A stretch of 64,000 nucleotides of DNA from Escherichia phage UoN_LG358_1, in the sequence record OK570374; one strand, given 5' to 3'. The notes under the pieces are model-generated. The model saw only the letters and a program-made list of their open reading frames with translations. It searched no databases and was not told the DNA's origin. Numbering within the stretch: the stretch's first letter is position 1; the number at the start of each line of letters is the position of its first letter. Positions 27,403 through 37,783 of this stretch are shown piece after piece. The translations under genes and the position numbers were made by a program.

Positions 27403-28367
27403 TATTTCCACTCATTATTAAGTTCAGCTGTTAAACGCAAGAACATATACATCACATGAAGTTCAGTATTTGAGGCAACTCCTTTGTACTGGTTGTTTTC
27501 ACCAATAATTTCGTACATTGCCATTATACCAGGTCCTTTAAGCATAGAGTATAATTCTTCGGCGAGTTTACCTACAAACCAAGAGTAATCAGTAGAATAT
27601 TTTGGAGCCAAAGCCCTAAGCTGTTTAACATCTCGATTTTTTAGAGCATCAATCACATCTGAAATTGAACTAGAGTCTTTAGTTACAATACTCAGAATTC
27701 CAGCATCCAGAACGCCTTTGGACGAATACATATCAAGTTCGCCAATAGTCTTACGAAAATCTGGAAAGTTCTTTTTAACTAAAGCAGCAACAACTTTTAA
27801 ATCGGCGATTTCAATGTTTTCATTTTTACATATTTCAACCATACGACGAATCATCTGTTTCATCATTGTTGTACGGTCTTCTTCTGTTGCTTGGCCAAAT
27901 TTAATTACTCGGCAACGCGAACGAAGTGGTTCAATAATGCCGTCAATATTGTTGGCAGTAATAATAACAGAACAGTTACTTGAATATGCTTCTAAAAATG
28001 AACGCAAATGACGCTGAGATTCAGCAAGTCCAGAACGGTCAAATTCGTCAATAACAATAACTTTTTGACGACCTTCAATAGAAGCAGAACTTGCAAAATT
28101 AGTTAATGGCCCACGGACAAAATCAATTTTACAATCTGAACCATTCACAAACATCATATCAGCATTTGTGTCATTACACAAAGCTTTTGCTGTAGTTGTT
28201 TTACCTGTACCTGGTGAAGCAGATACCAGAATCATATGAGGGATTTTACCGCTTTTAACAATTTTATTCATTGTTTCGCGGTCGGCGGCGGGAAGGATAC
28301 ATTCTTCAATTGTAGAAGGACGATACCGTTGTTCAAGGATGTGTTCTTTTTCGTTAATTGTAATCAT
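27402..28367 (-). CDS. 44: clamp-loader ATPase gp44 (AAA+)
   Basis: 321 aa; SPGTGKTT Walker A, VIVIDEFD Walker B, SRC motif; matches T4 gp44. Confidence 0.9.
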   Translation of the reverse strand: MITINEKEHILEQRYRPSTIEECILPAADRETMNKIVKSGKIPHMILVSASPGTGKTTTAKALCNDTNADMMFVNGSDCKIDFVRGPLTNFASSASIEGRQKVIVIDEFDRSGLAESQRHLRSFLEAYSSNCSVIITANNIDGIIEPLRSRCRVIKFGQATEEDRTTMMKQMIRRMVEICKNENIEIADLKVVAALVKKNFPDFRKTIGELDMYSSKGVLDAGILSIVTKDSSSISDVIDALKNRDVKQLRALAPKYSTDYSWFVGKLAEELYSMLKGPGIMAMYEIIGENNQYKGVASNTELHVMYMFLRLTAELNNEWK

Positions 28368-28435
28368 AATTTCCTCATATTAATATTCAAAGCAATGGGG
28401 CCGTAACCCCATTTTAAATCATTTTATTTACAGCA

Positions 28436-29122
28436 TTAAAAATCATGAGTAGAATCAGCTTCCATAGCTACTACATAACTTGCATGTTCACCTTCAAACT
28501 TAGCTGCTGTTTTCTTACCATCAGCCCACAGCATCAGTTTGTATGAAGCGGGTTGCATTTTCATATTAGCCATGTTAATAACAAAGTTAAAGTTATTGGT
28601 GCCGTCATAATCGCCCAAAGTCAAAGAATATTTCACACGAACCAAAGCAGAATCTTCAACTTTATTATAACCGTTCAGAATAATTTTACCATCTTTATTG
28701 GTGAATGTGATGGTATCAATCTGCAAACCACGAGAAACTCGCATCAGCTGCTGAAGGTCTTCACCTTTAAAATCTACAATAACTGAAGCGACCGGGAACG
28801 GAATTGGCTTGCTTGGAAAAACAATGGTGCTTGGGTCAGCTGCTGGCCAGAAAATAGTTGAACGAGCATCTGCGATTTTCACATTACCATAATCTGCCAT
28901 GGAAATCTCTGCGTCTTCATTAACCAAACCAAGAATACCCAGAAAACCATTCAAATCATAAATTGCTACTTCAAAATCAATTGTGTCAGCGATAGTTGCT
29001 TCAGCATAAGTTGTGCCGTTTACAGCACGTGTCATGATAAAGTTACCCTGCTTAAGCATGATACCAGAGTTAATAGTAGAGAAATTTTTCAGAATATTCA
29101 GAGTATCTTTAGACAGTTTCAT
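28436..29122 (-). CDS. 45: sliding clamp gp45
   Basis: MKLSKDTLNILKNFSTINSGIMLKQGNFIMTRAVNGTTYAEA... matches T4 gp45; start at ATG 29122. Confidence 0.9.
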   Translation of the reverse strand: MKLSKDTLNILKNFSTINSGIMLKQGNFIMTRAVNGTTYAEATIADTIDFEVAIYDLNGFLGILGLVNEDAEISMADYGNVKIADARSTIFWPAADPSTIVFPSKPIPFPVASVIVDFKGEDLQQLMRVSRGLQIDTITFTNKDGKIILNGYNKVEDSALVRVKYSLTLGDYDGTNNFNFVINMANMKMQPASYKLMLWADGKKTAAKFEGEHASYVVAMEADSTHDF

Positions 29123-29163
29123 TATTTTTCCTTTCAATTACACGTTTAATAAGATTTATTATA

Positions 29164-29556
29164 TTACTTAAAAGTTTTTGCAAGTTCTTCGATAACTTCT
29201 TCAGATACCAGCAAAGCAGCAGAAATCAATTGTTCATCAGCGTTAACGCAGAAATCATCTTCAAGACGCTCGCCACCAATACGGTCCAGAACAAATTTAG
29301 CGCCGGCAGAAACAGACTCATTGTAATGTTTCCGCATCAGTTCAATCCATTTATCATTTACGGCACGGTCAATTGACTGATAATATGCATGACGCGCTTC
29401 AGCAATAGGGATACGTTTGCGGATAAGTTCAGCACCTTGTTCACCCATAGCAAGTACCCATGCTCGACGAATTTTGTTTTGGTTATTAGGGTTAGAGTCA
29501 GTACGTACATTTTTAGGCTGGATATCTTTAGTATCAATTGCAAAATTCAAGTTCAT
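29164..29556 (-). CDS. rpbA: RNA polymerase-binding protein RpbA
   Basis: 130 aa; position after gene 45 and similarity to T4 RpbA. Confidence 0.75.
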   Translation of the reverse strand: MNLNFAIDTKDIQPKNVRTDSNPNNQNKIRRAWVLAMGEQGAELIRKRIPIAEARHAYYQSIDRAVNDKWIELMRKHYNESVSAGAKFVLDRIGGERLEDDFCVNADEQLISAALLVSEEVIEELAKTFK

Positions 29557-29572
29557 AATATTTCCTATTCAA

Positions 29573-29764
29573 TTAATCAAAATATTCTATTACTGTCCAA
29601 GCGGTGTTGCGGTTAGACATTATTTTAACATATTCGTCTTTAAAAGCATCTCTGAGCTGTATTTCAGTAACTAAGTGGTCTTCACCTGAAAAATTATTAG
29701 TCAGAATATATCTTTTAATTTCCGGTACGGCCAACAGCTGTTGGCCATTTTTAAAGTCTGTCAT
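29573..29764 (-). CDS. hypothetical protein (45.2 position)
   Basis: 63-aa ORF in track. Confidence 0.4.
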   Translation of the reverse strand: MTDFKNGQQLLAVPEIKRYILTNNFSGEDHLVTEIQLRDAFKDEYVKIMSNRNTAWTVIEYFD

Positions 29765-31446
29765 TTTTCCATTACCGTGAATCTGCCAACTTTCTTCATC
29801 TGAAGATGTTGCCCATAATCCTGCGGGTCATGGTCTTTATGGCTTATGATAAAGATATTACTATCAGTCATTCCATTGAGAATTGTTCCTACTCGCTTAA
29901 TACCTTCATTATCAAACGCGCCATCATAAACTTCATCAAGAAAGAGACAGTTAATTTTAACATTAGAAACTTTTTCAGCAATGTCTCGCCACGTGAACAG
30001 CAACGCAATATCAATACGAGCTTTTTCGCCTTGGCTGAATGACGCATAACTGAATTCTTCGCGCCCGCGAGATTTAATAGTTTCGGTGAATTCTTCGTTC
30101 AAAGTAAAGACATAATCAGCTTCCATAATTTTAAGATACTGATTAATCTGTTTGTTGAACATCGGAATATATTTGCTAATAATAGCTCCCTTGATACCCG
30201 AATCTTTCAGCATTTCAGTTAAAATGCCTCGATGATATTTTTCCATAACCATATTGGATTTGGTATCAACTATTTTATTCAATTCTTCGTTAAGCGTTTT
30301 AATCTCATCGGCATGATTGATGAATTCTTTTGATGCTTTTTCAATCGCCGCTTTTACTTTTTTAGCCTTTTCTACTGTTGAAATTAAAGTTTGCTTTTTA
30401 GATTTTATGTCTTGAGCAAGTTCACGTTGCGTTCTAACGTTGCTCTCATATTCATGCACTAGTGTCTCTAGATTGGCTCTATGACTTTCTAACGACTCTG
30501 ATTTATGTTTACATTCATTAATCTTATCGTTAATCTGAGTGACTAGAGATGACCCAGAGTCTAATTGTTGCATGCATGTTGGGCATGAACCTCCAGAATG
30601 ATACAAAGAAACAACCTTGTTATATGAGTCAATTTTAGACTTAATCAACAGAGTTTGATTACCAATTTCAGTAAACGCGGACCGAGGGTCTTCATCAAGC
30701 ACGATAGATGTTAAACGCTCAGTTGCTTTTTCAATTTCGGATTTGATAGAACGTGCTTCAGTCGCAAGTTCATCATACATGGTCTGAAAACGAGCTATAT
30801 TTTCTCCTGATAGCTTTTTCTGGCGTTCAACGTTCTCTTCATAAATTTTAATCTGTTGGATAATTCCGTCTTTCTTTGCGTCCAACACAGAGACTTGTGA
30901 ATTAATTTCTCTTATATGAGATTTATTCAATTTATCCATTTCAGCTAATGTAGAAACTTCGAGCAAGTCTTCTACTAACTTCCGCCGAGCTGGAGTACTC
31001 AAACCCATGAACGGTGTATAACCAGCTGTACCAAGCACAACTACTTGCTTAAAGCTGGAATAAGACATTTTGATAAGTTCTTCAAAATAGCTTTGAAAAT
31101 CTTTAACAGAAGCTGCCTCGTCCAGGCGAACTCCGTCTCGAGTTATTTCAAAGATATTCGGCTTTTGACCGCGCTTTATATAAAAATGCTTACCGTCATA
31201 CTCCATCCAAAGCTCTACTAACATATCTTTTTTATTAATAGAGTTTACTAGTTGTCCTTTCTTAATATCACGGAACGGTTTGCCAAATAAAGCAAATGTA
31301 ATAGCTTCCAGCATGGTACTCTTACCACCACCATTTTTGCCGGTGATGAGAGTTTTTTGTACCTTATCAAGTTGAATATCAATTGGAACTTGTCCAACAG
31401 ACATTATATTAGAATATTTTACTCTATTAAGTTTAAAGGTTTTCAT
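29761..31446 (-). CDS. 46: recombination endonuclease subunit gp46 (Rad50/SbcC-like)
   Basis: 561 aa; Walker A GKNGGGKST, coiled-coil middle with CPTC zinc hook, signature/Walker B at C-terminus. Confidence 0.9.
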   Translation of the reverse strand: MKTFKLNRVKYSNIMSVGQVPIDIQLDKVQKTLITGKNGGGKSTMLEAITFALFGKPFRDIKKGQLVNSINKKDMLVELWMEYDGKHFYIKRGQKPNIFEITRDGVRLDEAASVKDFQSYFEELIKMSYSSFKQVVVLGTAGYTPFMGLSTPARRKLVEDLLEVSTLAEMDKLNKSHIREINSQVSVLDAKKDGIIQQIKIYEENVERQKKLSGENIARFQTMYDELATEARSIKSEIEKATERLTSIVLDEDPRSAFTEIGNQTLLIKSKIDSYNKVVSLYHSGGSCPTCMQQLDSGSSLVTQINDKINECKHKSESLESHRANLETLVHEYESNVRTQRELAQDIKSKKQTLISTVEKAKKVKAAIEKASKEFINHADEIKTLNEELNKIVDTKSNMVMEKYHRGILTEMLKDSGIKGAIISKYIPMFNKQINQYLKIMEADYVFTLNEEFTETIKSRGREEFSYASFSQGEKARIDIALLFTWRDIAEKVSNVKINCLFLDEVYDGAFDNEGIKRVGTILNGMTDSNIFIISHKDHDPQDYGQHLQMKKVGRFTVMEK

Positions 31447-32275
31447 TTAATATCCGTCTGTCAAATTCGGCTACTATAGCTTGTAAAGAACTTGTTATGG
31501 GATGCCCGAGTTTAATAAGTTCTTTTGAAAATGTAGAATATCTAGGTTTATTCATTTTAATCCACTCTGTATAAAGCAAATCAAAATTTTGCCATTGATA
31601 CGATTTTCTTCTGGATTTTAAATGAGCCTCTCTAATTTCGTCATTCTTCCAACTTTGAGAAACTCCCAATGATAAAGATTTACGATAATCTAAATTTTTA
31701 GATGAGAGTCTAGTTGCATTTAAATGCTTAATTTTATTTTCTGGATTTTCAAACCACTCTTTAGTTTTCTTAGATACTAAAGACTTAAATTCATTTGAAT
31801 TTACTCGTTCCAGGTGAATTTTTAAATTATCGGAATTTTCAAACCATCGTTTGACTGCTTGGCTAATTTTTATTCTGTTTTCTGCTATTGAATAATAACT
31901 GGACATTTTGATTGAAATAGCCTTTGAAATTTCAGTAGAAACTTTTGAATATATTTTAGCCATTTCTTCAAATTCTTCAAAACTACATTTATAAGCAGTT
32001 TTGCTATTATTCATTCTATTAATAGCTTGCAACATTCTATAATCTTTAGTTTCAGACAATATAGCATGTGCAATAAAATGGTTATAATGTGTTAAATGCA
32101 CAATATTTGACGGGTCTTTAGCATATTCTGGAAAAATGGACTTTGGTAAAATATGATGAGCTTGAGTATGTCCTTTGTTTAACTTGGTTGAATTAGTTTT
32201 AATAAATTCTACATACTTATTAACGCCTTCCCATTGAGGGAAGGCTGCTTTTAATATAGTCTCAGCGTCAATCAT
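31433..32275 (-). CDS. HNH homing endonuclease inserted between genes 46 and 47
   Basis: 280 aa; HHILPKS...NIVHLTHYNHFIAH HNH motif plus repeated WFEN-type motifs in the C-terminal half; overlaps both neighbours. Confidence 0.65.
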   Translation of the reverse strand: MIDAETILKAAFPQWEGVNKYVEFIKTNSTKLNKGHTQAHHILPKSIFPEYAKDPSNIVHLTHYNHFIAHAILSETKDYRMLQAINRMNNSKTAYKCSFEEFEEMAKIYSKVSTEISKAISIKMSSYYSIAENRIKISQAVKRWFENSDNLKIHLERVNSNEFKSLVSKKTKEWFENPENKIKHLNATRLSSKNLDYRKSLSLGVSQSWKNDEIREAHLKSRRKSYQWQNFDLLYTEWIKMNKPRYSTFSKELIKLGHPITSSLQAIVAEFDRRILNENL

Positions 32276-33294
32276 TGATTTTGGACCTCGATATAAAGTT
32301 GATTAGCATATTTTATAACTGCTTTCCTGTCATCGTTGGATAAATCAGGTAAAGAGTTAATATATTCTTCCATAAGTTCAAGTAAGCTTTTAACTTCTAC
32401 TTCAGCTTCTTCATCAACTTCAAGAGAATTATCAATCTTTGAAACGGTACGAAGCTCATGAACAACTTTTTCGAGTTCGCTTTCAAATTTTGGAAGGTCT
32501 TTATCAACTTCTGTAATAATGACACGAACTGAAATATTTTTGTAACGATTAATATCAAATTTACCCTTAAATGGATAAATTATTTTTTGATGCCAACATG
32601 TTTCGTTTTCGATAAAATCAAAACTGTCATCTTGAGTGTCCTGTATCCAAAAACCTCGCGGGTCATTTTCGTCTCCCGCAGTAAGTGTCCATGGTGTGCC
32701 AATATATTTGACATTAGCGGCACTAGAGATAGTATGGAAGTGTCCAGAACGAACATGTTTATATTTTTTAAGGAAATCAGGTTCCAACCCGTGGGATTTT
32801 AATCCTTTGTAGTAATAAAAACCACTTAATTCCCAATGACCAATGCAAATATCAGCATCAGATGTTTTGATGTGATTCATTATATCGGACGCGTTCTCTT
32901 CGCACATCCACGGAATCATATCAATCAAACAACCATCAAAATCTACAGTTTCAGGAATATCATGAATTATGATATGGTCATATTTACCGAGAATCTCAGT
33001 AATCGCGTTAGGGCGAAGTGTGTTCTTATAATGCATGTCATGATTACCAATTATGGTATGCATCGTAATACCAGCTTCATCCAATAGCGTTGCTATCTCA
33101 CGGGCAAATTCCATAGTCTTATGAGTGATAGCTTTACGAACGTCAAAGATGTCGCCGTACTGAACCCATGTAGTTATGCCATGCTTTTTAGAATATTCAA
33201 TCTTTTGACGTATTCCATCTCGCTGGATATTCTGAAGCCAAGGGTCATCGCCCTTAACTCCTAAATGCCAATCACCTGTGTGAAGAATTTTCAT
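32272..33294 (-). CDS. 47: recombination endonuclease subunit gp47 (Mre11/SbcD-like)
   Basis: 340 aa; MKILHTGDWHLG phosphoesterase motif I and GNHD motifs. Confidence 0.9.
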   Translation of the reverse strand: MKILHTGDWHLGVKGDDPWLQNIQRDGIRQKIEYSKKHGITTWVQYGDIFDVRKAITHKTMEFAREIATLLDEAGITMHTIIGNHDMHYKNTLRPNAITEILGKYDHIIIHDIPETVDFDGCLIDMIPWMCEENASDIMNHIKTSDADICIGHWELSGFYYYKGLKSHGLEPDFLKKYKHVRSGHFHTISSAANVKYIGTPWTLTAGDENDPRGFWIQDTQDDSFDFIENETCWHQKIIYPFKGKFDINRYKNISVRVIITEVDKDLPKFESELEKVVHELRTVSKIDNSLEVDEEAEVEVKSLLELMEEYINSLPDLSNDDRKAVIKYANQLYIEVQNQ

Positions 33295-33434
33295 ATATCA
33301 AGCGCCGTCATAGCTGAGAGAATTAATATCATAGAAATGAACCCATCTGGTGTAGAAAAGAATCCAACCCAACAAGCTCGGCCAAATAAGTATAATCCTG
33401 CCAATAGGCTAAGTATGCCTAAGTAAGTAATCAT
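33291..33434 (-). CDS. small hydrophobic peptide (47 aa)
   Basis: Hand-translated MITYLGILSLLAGLYLFGRACWVGFFSTPDGFISMILILSAMTALDI; stop overlaps gene 47 ATG (ATGA). Confidence 0.25.
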   Translation of the reverse strand: MITYLGILSLLAGLYLFGRACWVGFFSTPDGFISMILILSAMTALDI

Positions 33435-33480
33435 CTTTTCACCCCAAATATATTTTTAACATGTACAAAAATGATAATTA

Positions 33481-33510
33481 ATTATATCAAATGTATAAAA
33501 AGCAAATTAA
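33481..33510 (-). promoter_or_regulatory. possible MotA-dependent middle promoter
   Basis: Minus strand aTTTGCTTTtta (MotA-box-like) 13 bp upstream of TATAAT. Confidence 0.35.
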
Positions 33511-33836
33511 TACGCGCACAATATTTTTGAAACGTTTGACTGGTTAATTTTGTGAATAAACTCACATTTTTCTTCTGGCGATAATTCGTGATTTCTGATG
33601 AGTGTCGCACAAGGATATTTTGGTGGATAATCTTTCTTTAAAACTAAAAGCAACTCATCCAAATATCCGCAACTATCATAAGCATGCCGAAGTTTAACAA
33701 TATCAACATGCTTAATGCGTTCAAAATCTTTAGAGCTTTGTACTGTACTTCGCCAATGCACTTCATTATCTTTAGTCGTTGGAGAAATATAAACTGCAAC
33801 TCTTAGTTCAGTGTCATTTAATTTAATTTTTTCCAT
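33507..33836 (-). CDS. hypothetical protein (occupies T4 alpha-gt region)
   Basis: ATG 33836 with SD GAGG; track ORF starts with TTG further upstream. Confidence 0.45.
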   Translation of the reverse strand: MEKIKLNDTELRVAVYISPTTKDNEVHWRSTVQSSKDFERIKHVDIVKLRHAYDSCGYLDELLLVLKKDYPPKYPCATLIRNHELSPEEKCEFIHKINQSNVSKILCAY

Positions 33837-33845
33837 TATTACCTC

Positions 33846-33871
33846 AAAGAACAAAGGGAGCCTCGGCTCCC
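33846..33871 (-). terminator. hairpin GGGAGCC-GAG-GCTCCC, possible terminator
   Basis: Perfect 6-bp GC-rich stem followed by a U-rich stretch in the minus orientation, immediately before the next SD. Confidence 0.35.
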
Positions 33872-34008
33872 TTAAATTTTACGATATGTTATAGTATTTT
33901 CGGCTTTTGCTTTATCGTGTAATAGTTTGAATTGTGACATCATTTCAGACATGCTGTTATGTATTTTTGTATAATCAACAGTCTTCTTTGGAGTTTCTGC
34001 CACGATTT

Positions 34009-34221
34009 TTACCATTTCCACCACCGTTTAACTTGAAAAGTATCAGCCCAAACTAATGTTTTTTCATCTATAGCAATCTCTGAACTTTTAGTTACACCAT
34101 ACGGACCAAGAATTTTGTATGTGTTTTTAGAAGTTTTTAGAGCCATTGTTCCATTAACCATAGATAGAGTGAAACAGGCATTAACTTTAAGACGTTTGAA
34201 TTTAACCTTTACTATTGCCAT
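34009..34221 (-). CDS. hypothetical protein
   Basis: 70-aa ORF in track. Confidence 0.3.
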   Translation of the reverse strand: MAIVKVKFKRLKVNACFTLSMVNGTMALKTSKNTYKILGPYGVTKSSEIAIDEKTLVWADTFQVKRWWKW

Positions 34222-34534
34222 TTACAATTTCCCAAATCTGTCGACGAGTGGTTTCCCACTGTACTTTGACAAGTTCATCTGTATAAGGTTGGCGTAAAAT
34301 GTCCCGAGATTTCTCGATAGCATATTTGTACGCCGCGAAGTTATTTTCTACTACTACTGCTCTTTGTGCATGCTCATTTAAACGTTTAAGTTCTTTTGCA
34401 TGCTTTTTATAAATTTTCGCTGCTTTAGCGTTAGCTTCTTGACGTGTTGCTTCTTCCATTCGAGCGATAATTTGTTCTACTTCTTCTGGGTTTTCATCAA
34501 TTTTATTGATATTATCAATAATCTCTGGAGACAT
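34202..34534 (-). CDS. hypothetical protein
   Basis: 110-aa ORF in track. Confidence 0.45.
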   Translation of the reverse strand: MSPEIIDNINKIDENPEEVEQIIARMEEATRQEANAKAAKIYKKHAKELKRLNEHAQRAVVVENNFAAYKYAIEKSRDILRQPYTDELVKVQWETTRRQIWEIVNGNSKG

Positions 34535-34543
34535 TTAATTACC

Positions 34544-34744
34544 TTATTTTGGAAAATAATCCAATGAAAAATAAAATCCGTCAGGAGATACAACATACTG
34601 ATGAGGAACTTCTTTTCCATCAACAATAAATGTAATATCATGCGGATTAGTTGGGTCAATATGAATATCCATTTCGAGAACTTCCCTTAAATACATTTTT
34701 AGTATATAAGGAATAGCTTCTAATTCTGGAATATCTTCAAGCAT
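34544..34744 (-). CDS. hypothetical protein
   Basis: ATG 34744 follows the gp55 stop; track ORF extends upstream into gene 55. Confidence 0.4.
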   Translation of the reverse strand: MLEDIPELEAIPYILKMYLREVLEMDIHIDPTNPHDITFIVDGKEVPHQYVVSPDGFYFSLDYFPK

Positions 34745-34754
34745 TCCTGCGAGG

Positions 34755-35294
34755 TCAATCTTCAGCCTCATATAAAAAATCCAAATTCGGAGAATCATCT
34801 ATTTCAACACTCTTTTTGTCAGACCCTGGTGCTTTGTAGGTAGATTCTTCATAATGCGTCATTTTATCGTAGATGTCCTGAATGAACGTTTCATCTGCTA
34901 ACGCGACCATATCATCGTCACGACTGTCATAGACATTGTGAACAAAATAGCTATATTTCTTTGCCATCTCTTTGCGTTCTTTTTTGATACGCTGAACGAA
35001 AGCATTAAAACAAGCCTGAGTTATGTATGCATGTGGGTTTTTGTATTTCTCTTCGTCAAAGTTTTTGAGACCTTTAATAGCAGCCTCAACTCCATCAGAA
35101 ATCATTTCATCTTTCCATGATTGGGTGTATCCTGAAAAGTTAAAACGCTTTGACAATCCCTCGGAAATAAGCATAATAGCTTTTCCAATAGTGTCATTCT
35201 GACGAACAAGCGTTCCTTCTGGCGCTTCTCTACATTTTTGTTTCCATTCACATATTGCGTTGTAAAGCTCTTTGTTGTTTACATAGTCAGCCAT
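34755..35294 (-). CDS. 55: late-transcription sigma factor gp55
   Basis: 179 aa; ...[32 protein letters not shown]...[23 protein letters not shown]... near-identical to T4 gp55. Confidence 0.9.
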   Translation of the reverse strand: MADYVNNKELYNAICEWKQKCREAPEGTLVRQNDTIGKAIMLISEGLSKRFNFSGYTQSWKDEMISDGVEAAIKGLKNFDEEKYKNPHAYITQACFNAFVQRIKKERKEMAKKYSYFVHNVYDSRDDDMVALADETFIQDIYDKMTHYEESTYKAPGSDKKSVEIDDSPNLDFLYEAED

Positions 35295-35363
35295 TAATAC
35301 CTCATCGCCTCAAGTTTATATATACTTTTATTATATCATATTTGTGGGACAAGAGGTTATTTG

Positions 35364-35651
35364 CTAATTAGAAGAACGAAGAATGCAATACATCTGAAAA
35401 AGTTGTTCACCAATTTCTTTAAATTGGTCAAATAAAAGAAAATAAGCTGTGTATGAATACAAGTCATTATCTTCCCAAAAATCGTTGAAACTATTAAACA
35501 TTTCGGTGTAATCTTTTTGGTTGAGCTTTGAAGCATGAGAATGCCAATATACTCCAGGCATCGCATCGGTTTCAAATTTAATTCCCATCATATAATCAAC
35601 ACTAAAAATACCAAAATTCTCAATAATTAATTTAAGTTCTGTTCTTTTCAT
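35364..35651 (-). CDS. hypothetical protein
   Basis: 95-aa ORF in track. Confidence 0.4.
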   Translation of the reverse strand: MKRTELKLIIENFGIFSVDYMMGIKFETDAMPGVYWHSHASKLNQKDYTEMFNSFNDFWEDNDLYSYTAYFLLFDQFKEIGEQLFQMYCILRSSN

Positions 35652-35689
35652 TGCTCCTCACATGTTTCGGCAAGTTTGTTCACAATTAA

Positions 35690-35941
35690 TCATAATTCAA
35701 ACGCAGTAAAACTATCAGCAACTAAACTGGCAAATAGATGAAACGGAATAATGTTTTCCTCGTCTTCAACTTCTTCAATGAATTGCTCATATAAAATCTC
35801 GTTGGTATAATCACGGAAAATAGCTATATCGCTTTCCCAACATGCTCCAGTTAATTCGTTTAAAAAATAAACTGAGCCATCATTATGGATTATCCATTCT
35901 CTATAATTTTCTAAAACAATAGAAATTTGTTTATATTTCAT
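35690..35941 (-). CDS. hypothetical protein
   Basis: 83-aa ORF in track. Confidence 0.4.
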   Translation of the reverse strand: MKYKQISIVLENYREWIIHNDGSVYFLNELTGACWESDIAIFRDYTNEILYEQFIEEVEDEENIIPFHLFASLVADSFTAFEL

Positions 35942-36168
35942 AGAACAAGTTCCTTAGCAGCTTCTAAAGCTTTATCCATTGAACTGAATGCATCTACTGA
36001 GTGATAATCTTTACCTGTGTATTCATATAACCACCAGGCGTCAAAGTCTTCTTCAATAACGTAACCAACACCGTTCTTCGAAGTACCTTCAATCATCAGT
36101 CTCCCATCTTCAACAGAAGCATCAAATCCTGCGAGTTCTAAATCTGCGACAATTTGTTCTTTATTCAT
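35938..36168 (-). CDS. hypothetical protein
   Basis: 76-aa ORF in track; ATGA overlap. Confidence 0.4.
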   Translation of the reverse strand: MNKEQIVADLELAGFDASVEDGRLMIEGTSKNGVGYVIEEDFDAWWLYEYTGKDYHSVDAFSSMDKALEAAKELVL

Positions 36169-36424
36169 TCAGATATTCCTCAAGCTCTTTTCTTGTTAAT
36201 CCTTCATTCCACATAGTAGCAGGATTAGGACAATCAGTGTTGCTAGTACTAATAGGATAATATCTCATTTCTTTACCAAGAGCATACAGACATCCAAATG
36301 CTTCGTAATAATTGACAGCTTGGTAAGTTTCAATCTGTTCTGGCAATGAAATAGCCTTTGCGCCTGTAATAGTGGGTTTCAAGTAAACTACAATAAGTGC
36401 TATGCCTTCGCCGAATTCGCTCAT
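36161..36424 (-). CDS. hypothetical protein
   Basis: 87-aa ORF in track. Confidence 0.4.
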   Translation of the reverse strand: MSEFGEGIALIVVYLKPTITGAKAISLPEQIETYQAVNYYEAFGCLYALGKEMRYYPISTSNTDCPNPATMWNEGLTRKELEEYLNE

Positions 36425-36759
36425 TTTGCCGCCTTAACAATTTTGAGGTCAACAAATCCTTTCTTGCGCTGATTTTTCATTTTACGAATAGTGCGTTCGG
36501 AAATTTCAGGTTTTTTATTTGTTGGAATACCAAAAGCATCTAGATTAAATTCATCAATAATATAACAAACAATCAATTCACGAATTCGAGCTTTTCCGAT
36601 CTTCTGGTCGTTCTCTTTCATAGTTCCATGAAGAGCAGTTTCCCATTCATCTAAAATTTCAGGCGTGACAATAACAGATTTGAATTCACCATCAACTTTC
36701 ATTTCTTCAACTTTAGGGAAAACAAAAGAGTTCAGAACGTTTTTGATAGCTTGTGACAT
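36421..36759 (-). CDS. hypothetical protein
   Basis: 112-aa ORF in track. Confidence 0.45.
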   Translation of the reverse strand: MSQAIKNVLNSFVFPKVEEMKVDGEFKSVIVTPEILDEWETALHGTMKENDQKIGKARIRELIVCYIIDEFNLDAFGIPTNKKPEISERTIRKMKNQRKKGFVDLKIVKAAK

Positions 36760-36869
36760 GTTATTTTCCTCATTGGTCGTTAGATGTTTGACATAGAGAT
36801 TTTAATTTAAAATCCCTATAGCAAACTCAACTCATCTGTATGTTTTTAGCATTATGAACAATTTTGAAA

Positions 36870-37055
36870 TTATCCTTCGACATACCAACCTTTATCTTGC
36901 CACGCTTCGCCTTTATACCAACGAGTCATATCATAACCGCCATTGTCGCGAACCGTTCCATTATCATAAATGAAATACTCATCTGATGTGAAATATTCAT
37001 GACGAATACACTTGCCGGTAATTTTTGAAGTCATCACAGCTTCTTGGTAAGTCAT
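36870..37055 (-). CDS. hypothetical protein
   Basis: 61-aa ORF in track. Confidence 0.35.
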   Translation of the reverse strand: MTYQEAVMTSKITGKCIRHEYFTSDEYFIYDNGTVRDNGGYDMTRWYKGEAWQDKGWYVEG

Positions 37056-37333
37056 TATGCACCTCTTACAGCATCAATCAATTCTCGTACCACAGTATCC
37101 AATTCACTTGTGTATACATCCGGAACCAGAGCTTTAATACAATTACTCATTCGTCCCGGGTAGTGTTGAGCATGATTGAGCGAAACATCTGTCCGACAAC
37201 CCTTCGCCCGGAAAACAACTTCTTCGTCAGAGATTTCAACTGTGAGTGGCACTTTATCGGTGGATGAAGTACGAATAATCATTTCATACTTAATCATACT
37301 CGTTTTAGATACGATAATCATCTTTAACTCCAT
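37055..37333 (-). CDS. hypothetical protein (start at ATG 37333)
   Basis: Track ORF starts at GTG inside the promoter; first ATG lies downstream of the predicted transcription start. Confidence 0.4.
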   Translation of the reverse strand: MELKMIIVSKTSMIKYEMIIRTSSTDKVPLTVEISDEEVVFRAKGCRTDVSLNHAQHYPGRMSNCIKALVPDVYTSELDTVVRELIDAVRGA

Positions 37334-37351
37334 TTGTGTGGTATGAGGTAA

Positions 37352-37380
37352 TAGTAACACAGTTTTTGGAGGATGTAAAC
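37352..37380 (-). promoter_or_regulatory. T4-type early promoter
   Basis: Plus ATAGTAACACAGTTTTTGGAGGATGTAAAC; reverse complement GTTTAC-18-TACTAT. Confidence 0.4.
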
Positions 37381-37398
37381 GGTTGATATGAAAGAAAA

Positions 37399-37421
37399 GA
37401 GGGACCGCTAGGGTCCCTCGG
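37399..37421 (-). terminator. putative intrinsic terminator downstream of nrdH
   Basis: GAGGGACC-GCTA-GGGTCCCTC hairpin followed by a U-rich run in the minus orientation. Confidence 0.5.
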
Positions 37422-37471
37422 ATTTAAAGTCAATATATTATATTAGAATGATGCAAGAATGGGATAGAGTA

Positions 37472-37783
37472 TCACTCTTCGTCCAGGTTATAACCTAAGA
37501 CGCTAAGTTGTTCTAATAGGTGGGATTTGTTGCGTATTCTTTGGTTGTTCAAAAAGACGATAGGATATCGTAGAGCTAAACTCGGATAACTACCTACACG
37601 TTTAGCCGCTTCAGTAATTCGGTCTCTGTCGTAGACAAATCCAACTTCGTTTTCGTTTGGAATTATTACATCGTAAAAAGCATAAGGGATATTTTCATCA
37701 TCCAAAGTTTTACGAATTGAATAGCAGGCCGGACACCGGCCTACTGTCTCAGGAATTCCGTATATTTCTATTTTTGCAGACAT
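37472..37783 (-). CDS. nrdH: glutaredoxin-like protein NrdH
   Basis: 103 aa; IEIYGIPETVGRCPAC redox motif; located upstream of nrdG/nrdD. Confidence 0.55.
   Translation of the reverse strand: MSAKIEIYGIPETVGRCPACYSIRKTLDDENIPYAFYDVIIPNENEVGFVYDRDRITEAAKRVGSYPSLALRYPIVFLNNQRIRNKSHLLEQLSVLGYNLDEE

Noticed and set aside
28385-28420. Hairpin GGGGCC-GTAA-CCCC between genes 44 and 45 as a terminator
   Set aside because: In the minus orientation it is not followed by a clear U-run; it may be an RNA stability or processing element, but the evidence is too weak to call.
29761-31446. Possible frameshift near the 3' end of gene 46 suggested by overlapping short plus-strand ORF 29806..30042
   Set aside because: Gene 46 reads through as one 561-aa frame with both ATPase halves; the plus-strand ORF is antisense noise.
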